From NCBI RefSeq assembly GCF_006345805.1, contig NC_043000.1, forward strand, positions 25,606,001 through 25,670,000: a DNA stretch of 64,000 nt, read 5' to 3'. The translations under genes were made by a program, and so were the position numbers. Source of the stretch: Octopus sinensis. Taxonomy: Eukaryota. Of the stretch, positions 54,056 to 64,000 are shown in pieces. Numbering within the stretch: position 1 is the stretch's first letter; the number at the start of each line of letters is the position of its first letter. The notes beneath the pieces are model-generated. The model was given only the letters and a program-made list of their open reading frames with translations. It ran no database searches and had not been told where the DNA came from.

Positions 54056-55164
54056 CATATATACGATAGGCTTCTTTCAGTTTCCGTCTACCAAATCCAC
54101 TCACAAGGCTTTGATTGGCCTGAGGCTATAGTAGAAGACACTTGCCCAAGGTACCATGCAGTGGGAATGAACCCAGAACCATAAGTTCATAAGCAAGCTA
54201 CTTACCACACAGCCACTCCTGCGCCAATCGAAATATTTTTTTTAAGACTAGTACTTATTCTATCAGTTTCTTTAGCTGAACTGCTAAGTTACAGGAATGT
54301 AAACACACCAACACTGATTGTCGGGTATTGGTGGAGAACAGACACACATACATACATACACATACATGTATAGCATGTGATCATGTGACCAACCAGATTA
54401 TCAGATGTTGTTACACATCACTGGTCACAATACGCTTTGCATTGTTTTATCCTTCAAATGACACCAACCTGCTGGCTAGGTGAGCAGGCCAACATACTCC
54501 CCCCTGATTGAAAGGGGGACTGGAACAACGGGAAATGAAGTGCTTTGCTCAAGAACACAACATGCTGCTCAGTCTGGGAACTGAACTCATGATCTAGTTA
54601 TGAGTGCAACAACCTTCTTACATACATACATACGTATGTACATATACAGTATCTTACATAAGCATGTACACCCCTAAAAAATTTCAAAAATTTATACTGT
54701 ATAAAATATTTTACATATAGGTGCAGGAGTGGCTATGTGGTAAGTAGCTTGCTTACCAATCACATGGTTCCGGGTTCAGTCCCACTGTGTAGCACCTTGG
54801 GCAAGTGTCTTCTACTATAGCCTCGGGCTGACCAAAGCCTTGTGAGTGGATTTGGTAGATGGAAACTGAAAGAAGCCCTTTGTATATGTGTGTGTGTATG
54901 TTTGTATCTGTGTCTGTCCTCCCCCCATCGCTTGACAACCGATGCTGATGTGTTTACGTCCCTGTTACTTAGCAGTTTGGCAAAAGAGACTGAGAGAATA
55001 AGTACTAGGCTTACAAAGAATAAGTCATGGGATAAGCTACTTACCACACAGTCACTCCTATATATATATATAAATTAAATAATGAGGATAGAAATTGATA
55101 TTAATCAATTAAAACCAGTGGCTTAGCATATCTTAAAAAATCCGAAGATTTAAAATCATATTAC

Positions 55165-55485
55165 ATACAAAATCAAGAGGAATGACCACTAAAGTGGACT
55201 CGTAATATGCTAAATATAGATGTCAAATCACCATTACCACAAAGAGTGTGTTCTTAAGAAAAAATTTCAGCAAAATGCCAAAATGTAAAAATAAGCAAAA
55301 CAAATGAAAATATATGAAATATGTTTTTTATTTTGTATATTTTCATTTGTTTTGCTTATTTTTACATTTTGGCATTTTTCTGAAATTTTTTCTTGAGAAC
55401 ACACCCTTTGTGGTATTGGTGATTTGACATTTATATTTAGCATATTAGGAGTCCACTTTAGTGGTCATTCCTCTTAATTTTGTAT
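55165..55485. repeat. Long near-perfect inverted repeat (~155-bp arms, ~10-nt spacer)
   Basis: atacaaaatcaagaggaatgaccactaaagtggactc.. pairs with ..gagtccactttagtggtcattcctcttaattttgtat. Confidence 0.9.
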
Positions 55486-55762
55486 ATATATATCATCATC
55501 ATCATCATCGTTTAACGTCCGTTCTCCATGCTAGCATGGGTTGGACGGTTCAACCGGGGATCTGGGAAGCCAGAAGGCTGCACCAGGCTCCAGTCTTATC
55601 TGGCAATGTTTCTACAGCTGGATGCCCTTCCTAACGCCAACCACTCCATGAGTGTAGTGGGTGCTTTTTACGTGCCACCTGCACAGGTGCCAGGCGAGGC
55701 TGGCAACGGCCACTGTCGGATTGGTGTATTTTATGTGCCACCGGCACATATATATATATATA

Positions 55763-55984
55763 TACAAGGAGGTGCTAAAAAGTTCCTGGTTTTGTTCTAA
55801 AGAAAATAGAAGATAATCAGTTAATTATGATTTTATTCAACATGTTCCCCCCTCAGATTCACACACTCATTGCAGTGGTCCTTCAGTTTTTACTAAGCCC
55901 TGTAAAAGAACTCGGAATGTTGAGCCTCCAGCCAGGCCTTTCGGAATACCCTTAAAATCAGGAACTTTTCAGCACCACCTTATA
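55763..55984. mobile_element. Mariner-type MITE
   Basis: tacaaggaggtgctaaaaagttcctg .. caggaacttttcagcaccaccttata. Confidence 0.65.
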
Positions 55985-56412
55985 TGTACACACATACATA
56001 TATATATGTGAATTTGACATGGGCGATCCTGTCTTGTATATAAATAAAAAAAAAAGACAGTCAATTGTTGTTCATTGATATTTCTCCATTTTCTTACATC
56101 AATTATTATTTATTAATTCAATACAAATAACCTGCATCCCATCTAACGACTGTTTCTGCCTCCAATGTTGTATGGTATTGCCATTGTTATGTTAAAATAT
56201 TTATCATATTTAGTAATAAAACTGATCTGAAACATGGAGCTTCACCAGAGTGAAGAATAAATAAAGAAGAACATTCATCATAATCATTTTATGTCCATTT
56301 TTCCATGCTTGCATGAGTTAGATGAAATTTGTTGAGACAGACTGAATCTAAATCCTAAATATAAATTTGTTGTTTTAAATTTTCTTGTGAATTCCATTTG
56401 TTTTTATTAAAG

Positions 56413-56581
56413 GCAACACTGTGATTAAAGATGGAGATATGTCATATAACACAGAAACCTACAAACAGTTACGCGAAATTCTACGTCCCAGTAACGTCGA
56501 TCAATATGGCTGGGTGTTCACTTTTCATTCGATGCCGGGACAATATGATGAAGTCTACCCTGGAATTCTTTTAGGAAACAG
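56413..56581 (+). CDS. DUSP3: Dual-specificity phosphatase (DUSP3/VHR-like), coding exon A; first in-exon ATG at 56439
   Basis: Acceptor ttttattaaag|GC precedes 56413. Translation ..MSYNTETYKQLREIL..YDEVYPGILLGN(R) resembles the VHR 'EVTPRIYVGN' strand. Donor AG|gtatgt at 56582, phase 2. Confidence 0.85.
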
Positions 56582-57061
56582 GTATGTGATGCCTTTGCTT
56601 CATTCTTTGGCTCGTGTAGTTCTTTAGCACTGTAACAGCATATAGCTGCATCTGCCATTTGTTGGTGATTTCCTCTTATTCCTAGTGGATGACACTTTTG
56701 TACCAATCAGGCAACAACCCCACCCACAACCTGTGGGTTTGTTTGGGTTTTATGAGATCAGAGTGCATATCTACTGTAGCCCATAGTCTGTAATTGATGC
56801 ACATTATTGAGTCCCTACCTGCTTCTTTTCTTCTGTATATCAAATATGATAATTTCTCAGATGGAAGCAGTGTTCTGTATTCTCTCCTCCTGACCAAAAC
56901 TTTTCTTTTATTCTACGATGGACCCTTAGATCTCTCAATTCCAGGCCCTAAACTTGTTGCTAACTTTGTCTTTGTTGAGATCACCTCTGTACATGGTCAG
57001 TTTCGCTCTCACAAACCATTTCATTGCACTCAGTTTTCTTAATGATCAGCAGACTCTGGAC

Positions 57062-58028
57062 CAGTGGTTCCCATCCTGGGGTCCCTAGATCCCTGGGGGT
57101 CTGCAAAGGTAGTACTGGAGGTCTGTGAACTAAATTCAAAATTTCCTATATATAGCATCAGCATCGTTTAACGTCCACTTTCCATGCTGACATGGGTTTG
57201 ACGGTTTGACTGAGGACTGGTGAGCCAGAGGCTGCACCAGGCTCAATCTGATCTGGTAGTTTCTACAGCTGGATGCCCTTCCTAATGCCAACCACTCAGA
57301 GAGTGTAGTCGGAGCTTTTATGTGCCACCGGCATGAGGGTCAGTCAGGTGGTTCTGGCAATGACCACACTCAATAGGCGTTTTTACATACTACCTGCATG
57401 GGTGCCAGTTCAGCCGCACTGGCAACAGCTATGCTTGAATGTTGTTTTTTCATGTGCCAGTAAGGCGATGCTGGCAACAATCACGCTTGAATGGTGCTTT
57501 TCACATGTCACTGGCACTCGAAATCGAACAGCTAACTGGCTTCCATGCCAGTGGCACATAAAAAGCACCATTTGAGCACAATCATTACCAGCGTAGCCTT
57601 ACTGGCACTTGTGCCGGTGGCACACGAAAAAACATTCAAGGGAGGTCGTTGCCAGTGCCATTGGACTGGCTCCTGTCCAGGTGTCGCGTAAAAAACACCA
57701 TTTGAGCGTGGCCATTGCCAGTAGAGCCTGACTGGCCCTCGTGCCGGTGGCACGTAAAAGCACCCACTACTCTCTCGGAGTGGTTGGCGTTAGGAAGGGC
57801 ATCTAGCTGTAGAAACTCTGCTAGATCAAGATTGGAGCCTGGTGCAGTCACCTGGTTCACCAGCCCTCAGTCAAACCGTCCAACCCATACTAGCATGGAA
57901 AGCGGACATTAAACGATGATGATGATATATATTTATAGATAGATAGATAGATAGATAGATATAAGAATAAGGATATTAAAAGGGGTCTGTGGGAAAACTT
58001 ATTTAAATAAAAGGGTTGGGCACCACTG
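57062..58028. mobile_element. hAT-Charlie-like MITE in a DUSP intron, with nested inverted RTE 3' ends
   Basis: TIRs cagtggttccca / tgggcaccactg. Flanks ctctggac / ctctagaa resemble an 8-bp NTCTAGAN target. Confidence 0.7.
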
Positions 58029-58319
58029 CTCTAGAATGTTGTTCCTTGTCAAAGTCTTTCTCAGAATCAGTGAACTCCACAGACAGAATGGTTTGTTCTA
58101 AGCCAAGAGTTCTGCTGAGCAAGACAGCATTAACAATTCCCCATCTTGGCACACACTCAAACTGCATCTCAACTGAGATCATTAGGAATATCAGTCATCA
58201 TCATCACTTTTCGTTGTCATTATATTCTCCTCACCTACTCCATCATTGTCTCAGAAAACTACAGCTTGTAATCTATCTCTGACTGTGTGGGTGTCTGTCT
58301 GCCTGCTTGTCTTTAGCAA

Positions 58320-58572
58320 TCCATCCATCTGTCTATCTATCTTTCTATCTATCTATCTTTCTATCTATCTATCTTTCTATCTAACGGGAAGCTTTATGAA
58401 AATAGACAAAAGACGAAGGCAGGTGGAATACAAACAAACAATTGTATTAGTATGGCGCTCAGGAATATAAATCTATCTTTATATTTATATATCTATCTTT
58501 CTATTTATCTATCTATCTATCTTTCTATCTATCTATCCATCCATCCACCTACCTACCTAACTACCTACCTAC

Positions 58573-58615
<43 letters not shown>

Positions 58616-58660
58616 CTATCTATCTATCTATCTATCTATCATCTATCCATCCATCCATAA
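58320..58660. repeat. (TCTA/TCCA)n microsatellite; a degenerate counterpart lies at 58985-59395 on the other side of exon B
   Basis: Direct reading. Confidence 0.9.
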
Positions 58661-58755
58661 CAGCAATTTGATAGGGGCCAGGTTTAATCCTAGAATCCTC
58701 ACCTGTTGTTTTTTTATTTATTATTATATCTCTGTTGTTCTCTTTGTTCTTTCAG

Positions 58756-58979
58756 AACGGGGGCTTTGAACAAAGTGGCCTTGAAGAAAGAAGGTGTGAC
58801 CCATGTTTTGAACTGTGCCTGTGGATCAAGATTCAACATGATTAACACAGATGAAGGATATTATGAGGATCTTTCCATTAAGTTTCTTGGAATCCCAGCA
58901 ATGGATTTTCCAACATACAAACTCAATCAATTTTTTCAGGTGGCAGCAGATTATATTGACCAGGTTCTTAAACATAATG
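58756..58979 (+). CDS. DUSP3: DUSP3/VHR-like phosphatase, coding exon B
   Basis: Acceptor tttgttctttcag, phase 2, compatible with exon A. Encodes TGALNKVALKKEGVTHVLNCACG..FLGIPAMDFPTYKLNQFFQVAADYIDQVLKHN(G), with the GxTHVLN motif and the general-acid Asp. Donor G|gtaagt at 58980, phase 1. Confidence 0.93.
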
Positions 58980-59732
58980 GTAAGTCAATCTGTCTATCAT
59001 AAGATGGATATTCATCTATCCATCTCACCATTTGTCTGTCTATCCATTCCTCTTACCATCTGTTTATTTGCCTATCAATCTTCATCACTGTTCATCCATC
59101 TGTCTCCTGATTCTTCCAATTATCCACCAGCCTGTCCATCTATTGTTCTGTCTATCCATCCTTCCATCTGACTGTTTGCCCATTTATCTATCATGTCTTT
59201 CTATACATCCACCCACCCATCCATTCGTCCATCTATCTAGTCATCTGGTTGTCTTCCCATCCATATGTCTATCAATCTCTCTGTTTGTCCATCCATTTAT
59301 CCATCTGTCAGGCTATCTGTCCAACTATCTGTCTGTCTGTGCATCCAATTTTTCTATTCATCCATCCATCCATCCATGTTCCATCTACCTATATACGTTC
59401 ACACAGTGATAGCTAGATCTGATATAATTGTGAGTAGATTTATTTAGTAGACACACATACTGAGAGAAACTCAATGGTGTGTTTGTGTGTGTGTATGTGT
59501 CTGTGCAAAGACATCTTATGTTGTTTGAAAACGAACTTCCCCACCATCATTCAAGCAGTGTCTCTCTTTTCCAGCTTTCCATGGAAACAAGTCTTGCCAT
59601 GGGAAAATGTTACCTGTATTTAGAAACAGATAAGGGTTGGTGACAGGAATGGCATCTAGCCTCAGAAAATCTGCCTCAATAAACTCCATCTAACAAGCAT
59701 GGAAAATCATCATCATTATTTAATGTCTGATA

Positions 59733-59953
59733 AGGCGGCGATCTGGCAGAAACGTTAGCACACCGGGCAAAATGCGTAGCCGTATTTCGTCTGCCATTAT
59801 GTTCTGGGTTCAAATTCCGCCGAGGTCGACTTTGCCTTTCATCCTTTCGGGGTCGATAAATTAAGTACCAGTTATGCACTGGAGTTGATGTAATCGACTT
59901 AATCTGTTTGTCTGTCCCCTCTGTGTTTAACCCTTTGTGGGTAGTAAAGAAAT
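59733..59953 (+). mobile_element. SINE family B (others ~6542-6775+, 12805-13020-, 21486-21720-, 23874-24103+, 26935-27165+, 43380-43612+, 44830-45160-, 51897-52110+)
   Basis: ggcggcga.ctggcagaaacgttagc..gttcaaattcc..gcctttcatcctttcggggtcgataaattaagtacc..aaagaaata. Often nested in other repeats. Confidence 0.85.
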
Positions 59954-60572
59954 ATATTTAATGTCTGATTTCCATGCTGACATAGGTTGGATGGTTTGAC
60001 TGGAGCTGGTAAGGCCAGGGCCCTCACCAGGCTTCTTTGTCTGTTCTGCCATGGTTTCTATTGCCAGATGCCCTCTTTAATGCCAACCACTCCACAGAGT
60101 GTACTGGCTGCTTTTTATGTGGCACTAGCACCAGTACTTTTAATGTGGCACCAGCCCAAATGCTTTTTATATGGCACCAGCACAGATATCAATTCTACTG
60201 TGGTGCACAGGTCTTTTTGAGTACAACAATGCCCCAGATATCTTGGTCCTTTGTCAGCTTCTTCGTAAAGCTCAGTGTCTTGAGATCCAATACTTTGTTC
60301 CATGTCTTCCTGGGTCTCACTCTTCCACAAATTCCCTCCACTTTTAAGTGGTTGGTGCTTCAGTATGCAACTGTGGACATTAAAATGATAATGATGGAGA
60401 TGATGATTGAGATGACCGTGATGATGGTAAGAGGAGTGATGCTGACCATGATTGGGATAGTGATGATGATGATGGTGAAGATCATGATGTTTTTTCTCTC
60501 TCTTTTTTTTTTTCCTTTTTACAATCCATTCCTTTTGGTTAAACACCTGTATTTCTCTTATGTATGTTCCAG

Positions 60573-60769
60573 GTAAAGTCTTTGTCCACTGCCAGATGGG
60601 GGTGAGTCGATCGGCTGCTTTAGTAATCGCATTTCTGATGCTGAAACACAGAATGGATGTCGTCGATGCCGTCAGCACTCTGAAAAGCAAACGTGATATT
60701 TTCCCTAACGATGGTTTCCTTAAACAGTTGTGTGTACTCAACCGGGAACTCCATGACTGCCACAGATAA
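60573..60769 (+). CDS. DUSP3: DUSP3/VHR-like phosphatase, last coding exon (catalytic loop)
   Basis: Acceptor tatgttccag, phase 1. Encodes GKVFVHCQMGVSRSAALVIAFLM..IFPNDGFLKQL..stop, i.e. HCxxGxxRS, an AYLM-like motif and PNxGF. The spliced ORF from ATG 56439 is 143+224+197=564 nt (187 aa). Confidence 0.95.
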
Positions 60770-60898
60770 CTTTATGCTGCTGCCGCCTATGAACGACCAA
60801 TTTCCCTATCAGTCATGAGATGCCAATTGTTTTCTGTAAGTCTGTCACAGATTACTTTTGCTATTTGCTTATTTTGCTAACAATATTAGTTTCATACA

Positions 60899-60938
<40 letters not shown>

Positions 60939-60943
60939 TATAT

Positions 60944-61055
60944 TGGCCTGCTCACTTAGCTAGCAGGGTGGCGTCATTTGAAGATTAAAACAATGCGAAG
61001 CTCATTGTGACCAGTGATGTGTAGCAACATCTGATAGCCTGGTCGGTCACGGTCA
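60944..61055 (+). repeat. ~110-bp dispersed repeat just downstream of the DUSP stop (copies 1502-1596 +, 54376-54492 -)
   Basis: ggcctgctc.cttagc.agc..gcgtcatttgaag..aaaacaatgcgaag..ttgtgaccag.gatgtgtagcaacatctgatag. Confidence 0.75.
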
Positions 61056-61249
61056 AGTATTTATTTTTCAATTTTGGTTCTTGTTCATGTTTATAATTAG
61101 AAAATTACACGATATGTTCATGTAATTGTATATATTGTATATTTATGCACAGATACATATATATGCACACACTTAAGACAAACAAGAATGTATGCTTGCA
61201 CATACATCTTTACATATGCACACTCATATATTTATATTTGTGTGTGTAT

Positions 61250-61790
61250 GTCTCTCTCTTTCCCGTCTGTCTTGATAGACAATGGGTCGCGCCAAGGGTG
61301 GGGCCTACTTTGATGATGAGCAGCGTCTGCTGTGACTGAACAGTCCAATTCTAGAGTGGCAGTCCCTGGTACAGTTGCTGCACACGAACATCGATGGGTA
61401 CGTGTGGGGTGTTGCTGCAGTTGTCCTCCTCCTGTCCCGCCTGTCCGACCACAGCTGTGCTCTCCTTTCCTCAGCCATGGAAACGCCTTTCCTCACTGTC
61501 CGACGCCAGGCAGAGCGGTCAGCAGCTGTTACCTCCCACGTGTCCACACAGATGTTGGCAGTCCTCAGGTCGCGCTTGCACACATCCCTGTATCGTAGCT
61601 GTGGACGTCCCTTGGGTCGGGATCCCGTGGTGAGTTCGCTGTACAGGATGTCTTTAGGCATGCGGCCGTCCTGCATGCGGCAGACGTGTCCGAGCCAGCG
61701 CAGTCGTCTCCGCACGAAGAGGGCATGCATGCTTGGCATATTAGTCTGTTCTAGGATGACTCCGTTTGGTACTCGGTCCTTCCAGGAGAT
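61250..61790 (-). mobile_element. RTE-clade LINE 3' fragment
   Basis: ISWKDRVPN..RRLRWLGHVCRMQDGRMPKDILYSEL..GRPQLRYRD..CSNCTRDCHSRIGLFSHSRRC. GC-rich relative to the flanks. Confidence 0.9.
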
Positions 61791-61797
61791 GTGTATG

Positions 61798-61834
<37 letters not shown>

Positions 61835-63073
61835 GTGCAGGAATGGCTTTGTGATAAGAAGCTTGCTTCCCAACCACATGGTTCAGGGTTCAATCCCACT
61901 GTGCGGAACCTTGGGCAAGTGTCTTCTACTATAGCTTCAGGTCAACCAAAGCCTTGTCAGTGGATTTGGTAGACAGAAACTGAAAGAAGCCATCGTATAT
62001 GTATGTGTGTGTGTATGTATGTAGACAAGTAACAAACAGAAGTTTGCTAAATTACCTGCTGCCGTATACCTTTTACCAAGGAATATACCCACTAAGGTAA
62101 TTACCAGAAGTGCCTTTCGATATATCTATCCCTTAGAGGTTGTAAACACCTAACTTATACCTGTGTATGTATGTATATATATATATATATTGGGAGACTG
62201 GTGCAGCCAACCCTCAGTCAAATTGTTCAACCCAGCATGGAAAGACGAAGTTAAATGACGATGATGGTGATATATATATATGTAAATATGTATTTGTGTG
62301 TTTGTGTTTGTCTCCCCTACCATTGCTTGACAACTGATGTTGGTGTGTTTACATCCCCTAACTTAGTGGTTTGGCAAAAGTTACCAATGGGATAAGTACT
62401 AGGCTTACACAGAATAAATCCTGGGGTTAGTTTGTTCAACTAAAGGTGGTGCTGCAGCATGGCCACAGTAAAATGACTGAAACAAGTAAAAGAATAAAAG
62501 AGTATTCATATAAAACTAGCATTTCATCAGTTACAAAGATGAGGGTTCTCGCTGATGCGATCAATGGAATAGCCTGCTCGTGAAATTAACATGCAAGTGG
62601 CTGAGCACTCCACAGACACACGTACCCTTAACATAGTTCTCAGGCAGATTCAGCATGGCACACTGTGACAGGGCTGGCCCTTTGAATTACAAGTATAACT
62701 CATTTTTGTCAGCTGAGTGGACTGGAGTAATGTGAAGTAAAGTATCTTGCTTAAGGACCCAATGTGCTGCCAGTTTTCAAATTCATTACCTTATTTCTTT
62801 ATTGCCCATAAGGAGCTAAACATAAAGGGGCAAACAAGGACAGACAGTGCGTAACTGGTACTTAATTTATCAACACCGAAAGGATGAAAGGCAAAGTCAA
62901 CCTCAGCAGAATTTGAACTCAGAACATAAAGACAGATGAAATACTGCTAAGCATTTCGTCTGGCATGCTAACACTTCTGCCAGCTCACCGCCTTCATTCA
63001 TGACCTTATGGTTGTGAGCCAAGTACCCTAACCCCTTAATCACATGCCTTCACATCTTCATGTACATATTCTT

Positions 63074-64000
63074 ATACAAGGTGGTATCAAAAAGTTTGTG
63101 GACTTGTTATGTTTAATAAAAAATAACTTATTTACCTAAGTTTTAACATTGTCTCCTCGAAATAGTCACTTTGCGCTGCAATCAGGAGCGTAGCTAGAAT
63201 AAATGGCATCCTGGGCAAGCATCAAAATTGTGACCCTGCCTCCAACAAAATATGGTAACTCGAATAGAAATGGCTTAATTAGAAACATTGCGCCCCCCTC
63301 AAAGTGGCAGCTAGTGCATGTGCCCTGCTTACCCCACTCTAGCTATGCCCCTGGCTGCAATACACTGGTCCCAGCACTCCTGCCACTTTCGGAATCTGGC
63401 CTAGAAGTTGTTTTCCGTAAGCGAGGACCTTCCGCGATTCGCTCTAGATCTCAACAGTGGTGTTAAAACAGCATTTTTATCTTGGGGAAGAGATGAAAGT
63501 CTGCAGGTGCTAATAGGGTAGGTGTGGAAGCAATACCATGTTTTTGGCAAGAAACTCCCAAGTAAGGAGAATTCAATGACAGGGTGCATTGTCATTATGA
63601 AGAATCAAATTCTTTGTGCTCCACAGATCCAGTTCCTTTTGCCAAATGTCCTCCTTTAAATGCTTCAAAATATCGCAGGAGAACTCTCAATTGATGGTCT
63701 GGCCCTGGGGGATGAATTCTTTATGTACGATACCACATTTCTGGGGCTGACACTCGTAGCAGTTCTTCCAAATTGCACATCGGTCTTCCAGTGATGTTCT
63801 TCCACTTTTGAAGAACCCGTGCCACCCGAACGAAACATTGCATACAACCCATTATCTCATGGTTGTCAGCTTGTCAAAGCATGTTCAATGTCTCTGTAGC
63901 AGAATTCCAAAGTTTAACACAAAATTTCACGTTGGTTCTTTGTTTCTGCCCATGACAAAATCGCAGACTACAGCATATACATGATCACAAAAACACAACT
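63074..64000 (-). mobile_element. Mariner transposon remnant
   Basis: Minus-strand fragments EFIPQGQTIN, HNDNAPCH and FRKWQECWDQCIAAQSDYFE. Terminus tacaaggtggtatcaaaaagtt. Confidence 0.7.
63183..63353. mobile_element. hAT-type MITE nested in the mariner remnant
   Basis: TIRs caggagcgtagctag / ctagctatgcccctg. Perfect 8-bp TSD gctgcaat at 63175-63182 and 63354-63361. Confidence 0.8.

Overview
AT-rich, repeat-saturated eukaryotic DNA. The SINE and RTE repeat families suggest an octopus or other coleoid cephalopod (inference). One clear protein-coding gene is present: an atypical dual-specificity phosphatase of the DUSP3/VHR type on the + strand, with exons at 56413-56581, 58756-58979 and 60573-60769 and the catalytic motif HCQMGVSRS. 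A possible extra in-frame exon lies 46 kb upstream at 10054-10137. The rest is tRNA-derived SINEs, 5'-truncated RTE and CR1 LINE ends, decayed Tc1/mariner elements (one DD37D/maT), piggyBac-, hAT- and mariner-type MITEs, a 20-bp minisatellite and microsatellites. The most notable signal is a ~256-bp element that joins a tRNA-like Pol III head to a minimal type I hammerhead ribozyme. It has 13-bp TSDs, no A- or simple-repeat tail, and inserts as inverted pairs, so it is a candidate Penelope-mobilised SINE. A second family of ~350-bp tandem/inverted monomers carries covarying hammerheads. Repeat boundaries were read by eye and are approximate unless a TSD is given.
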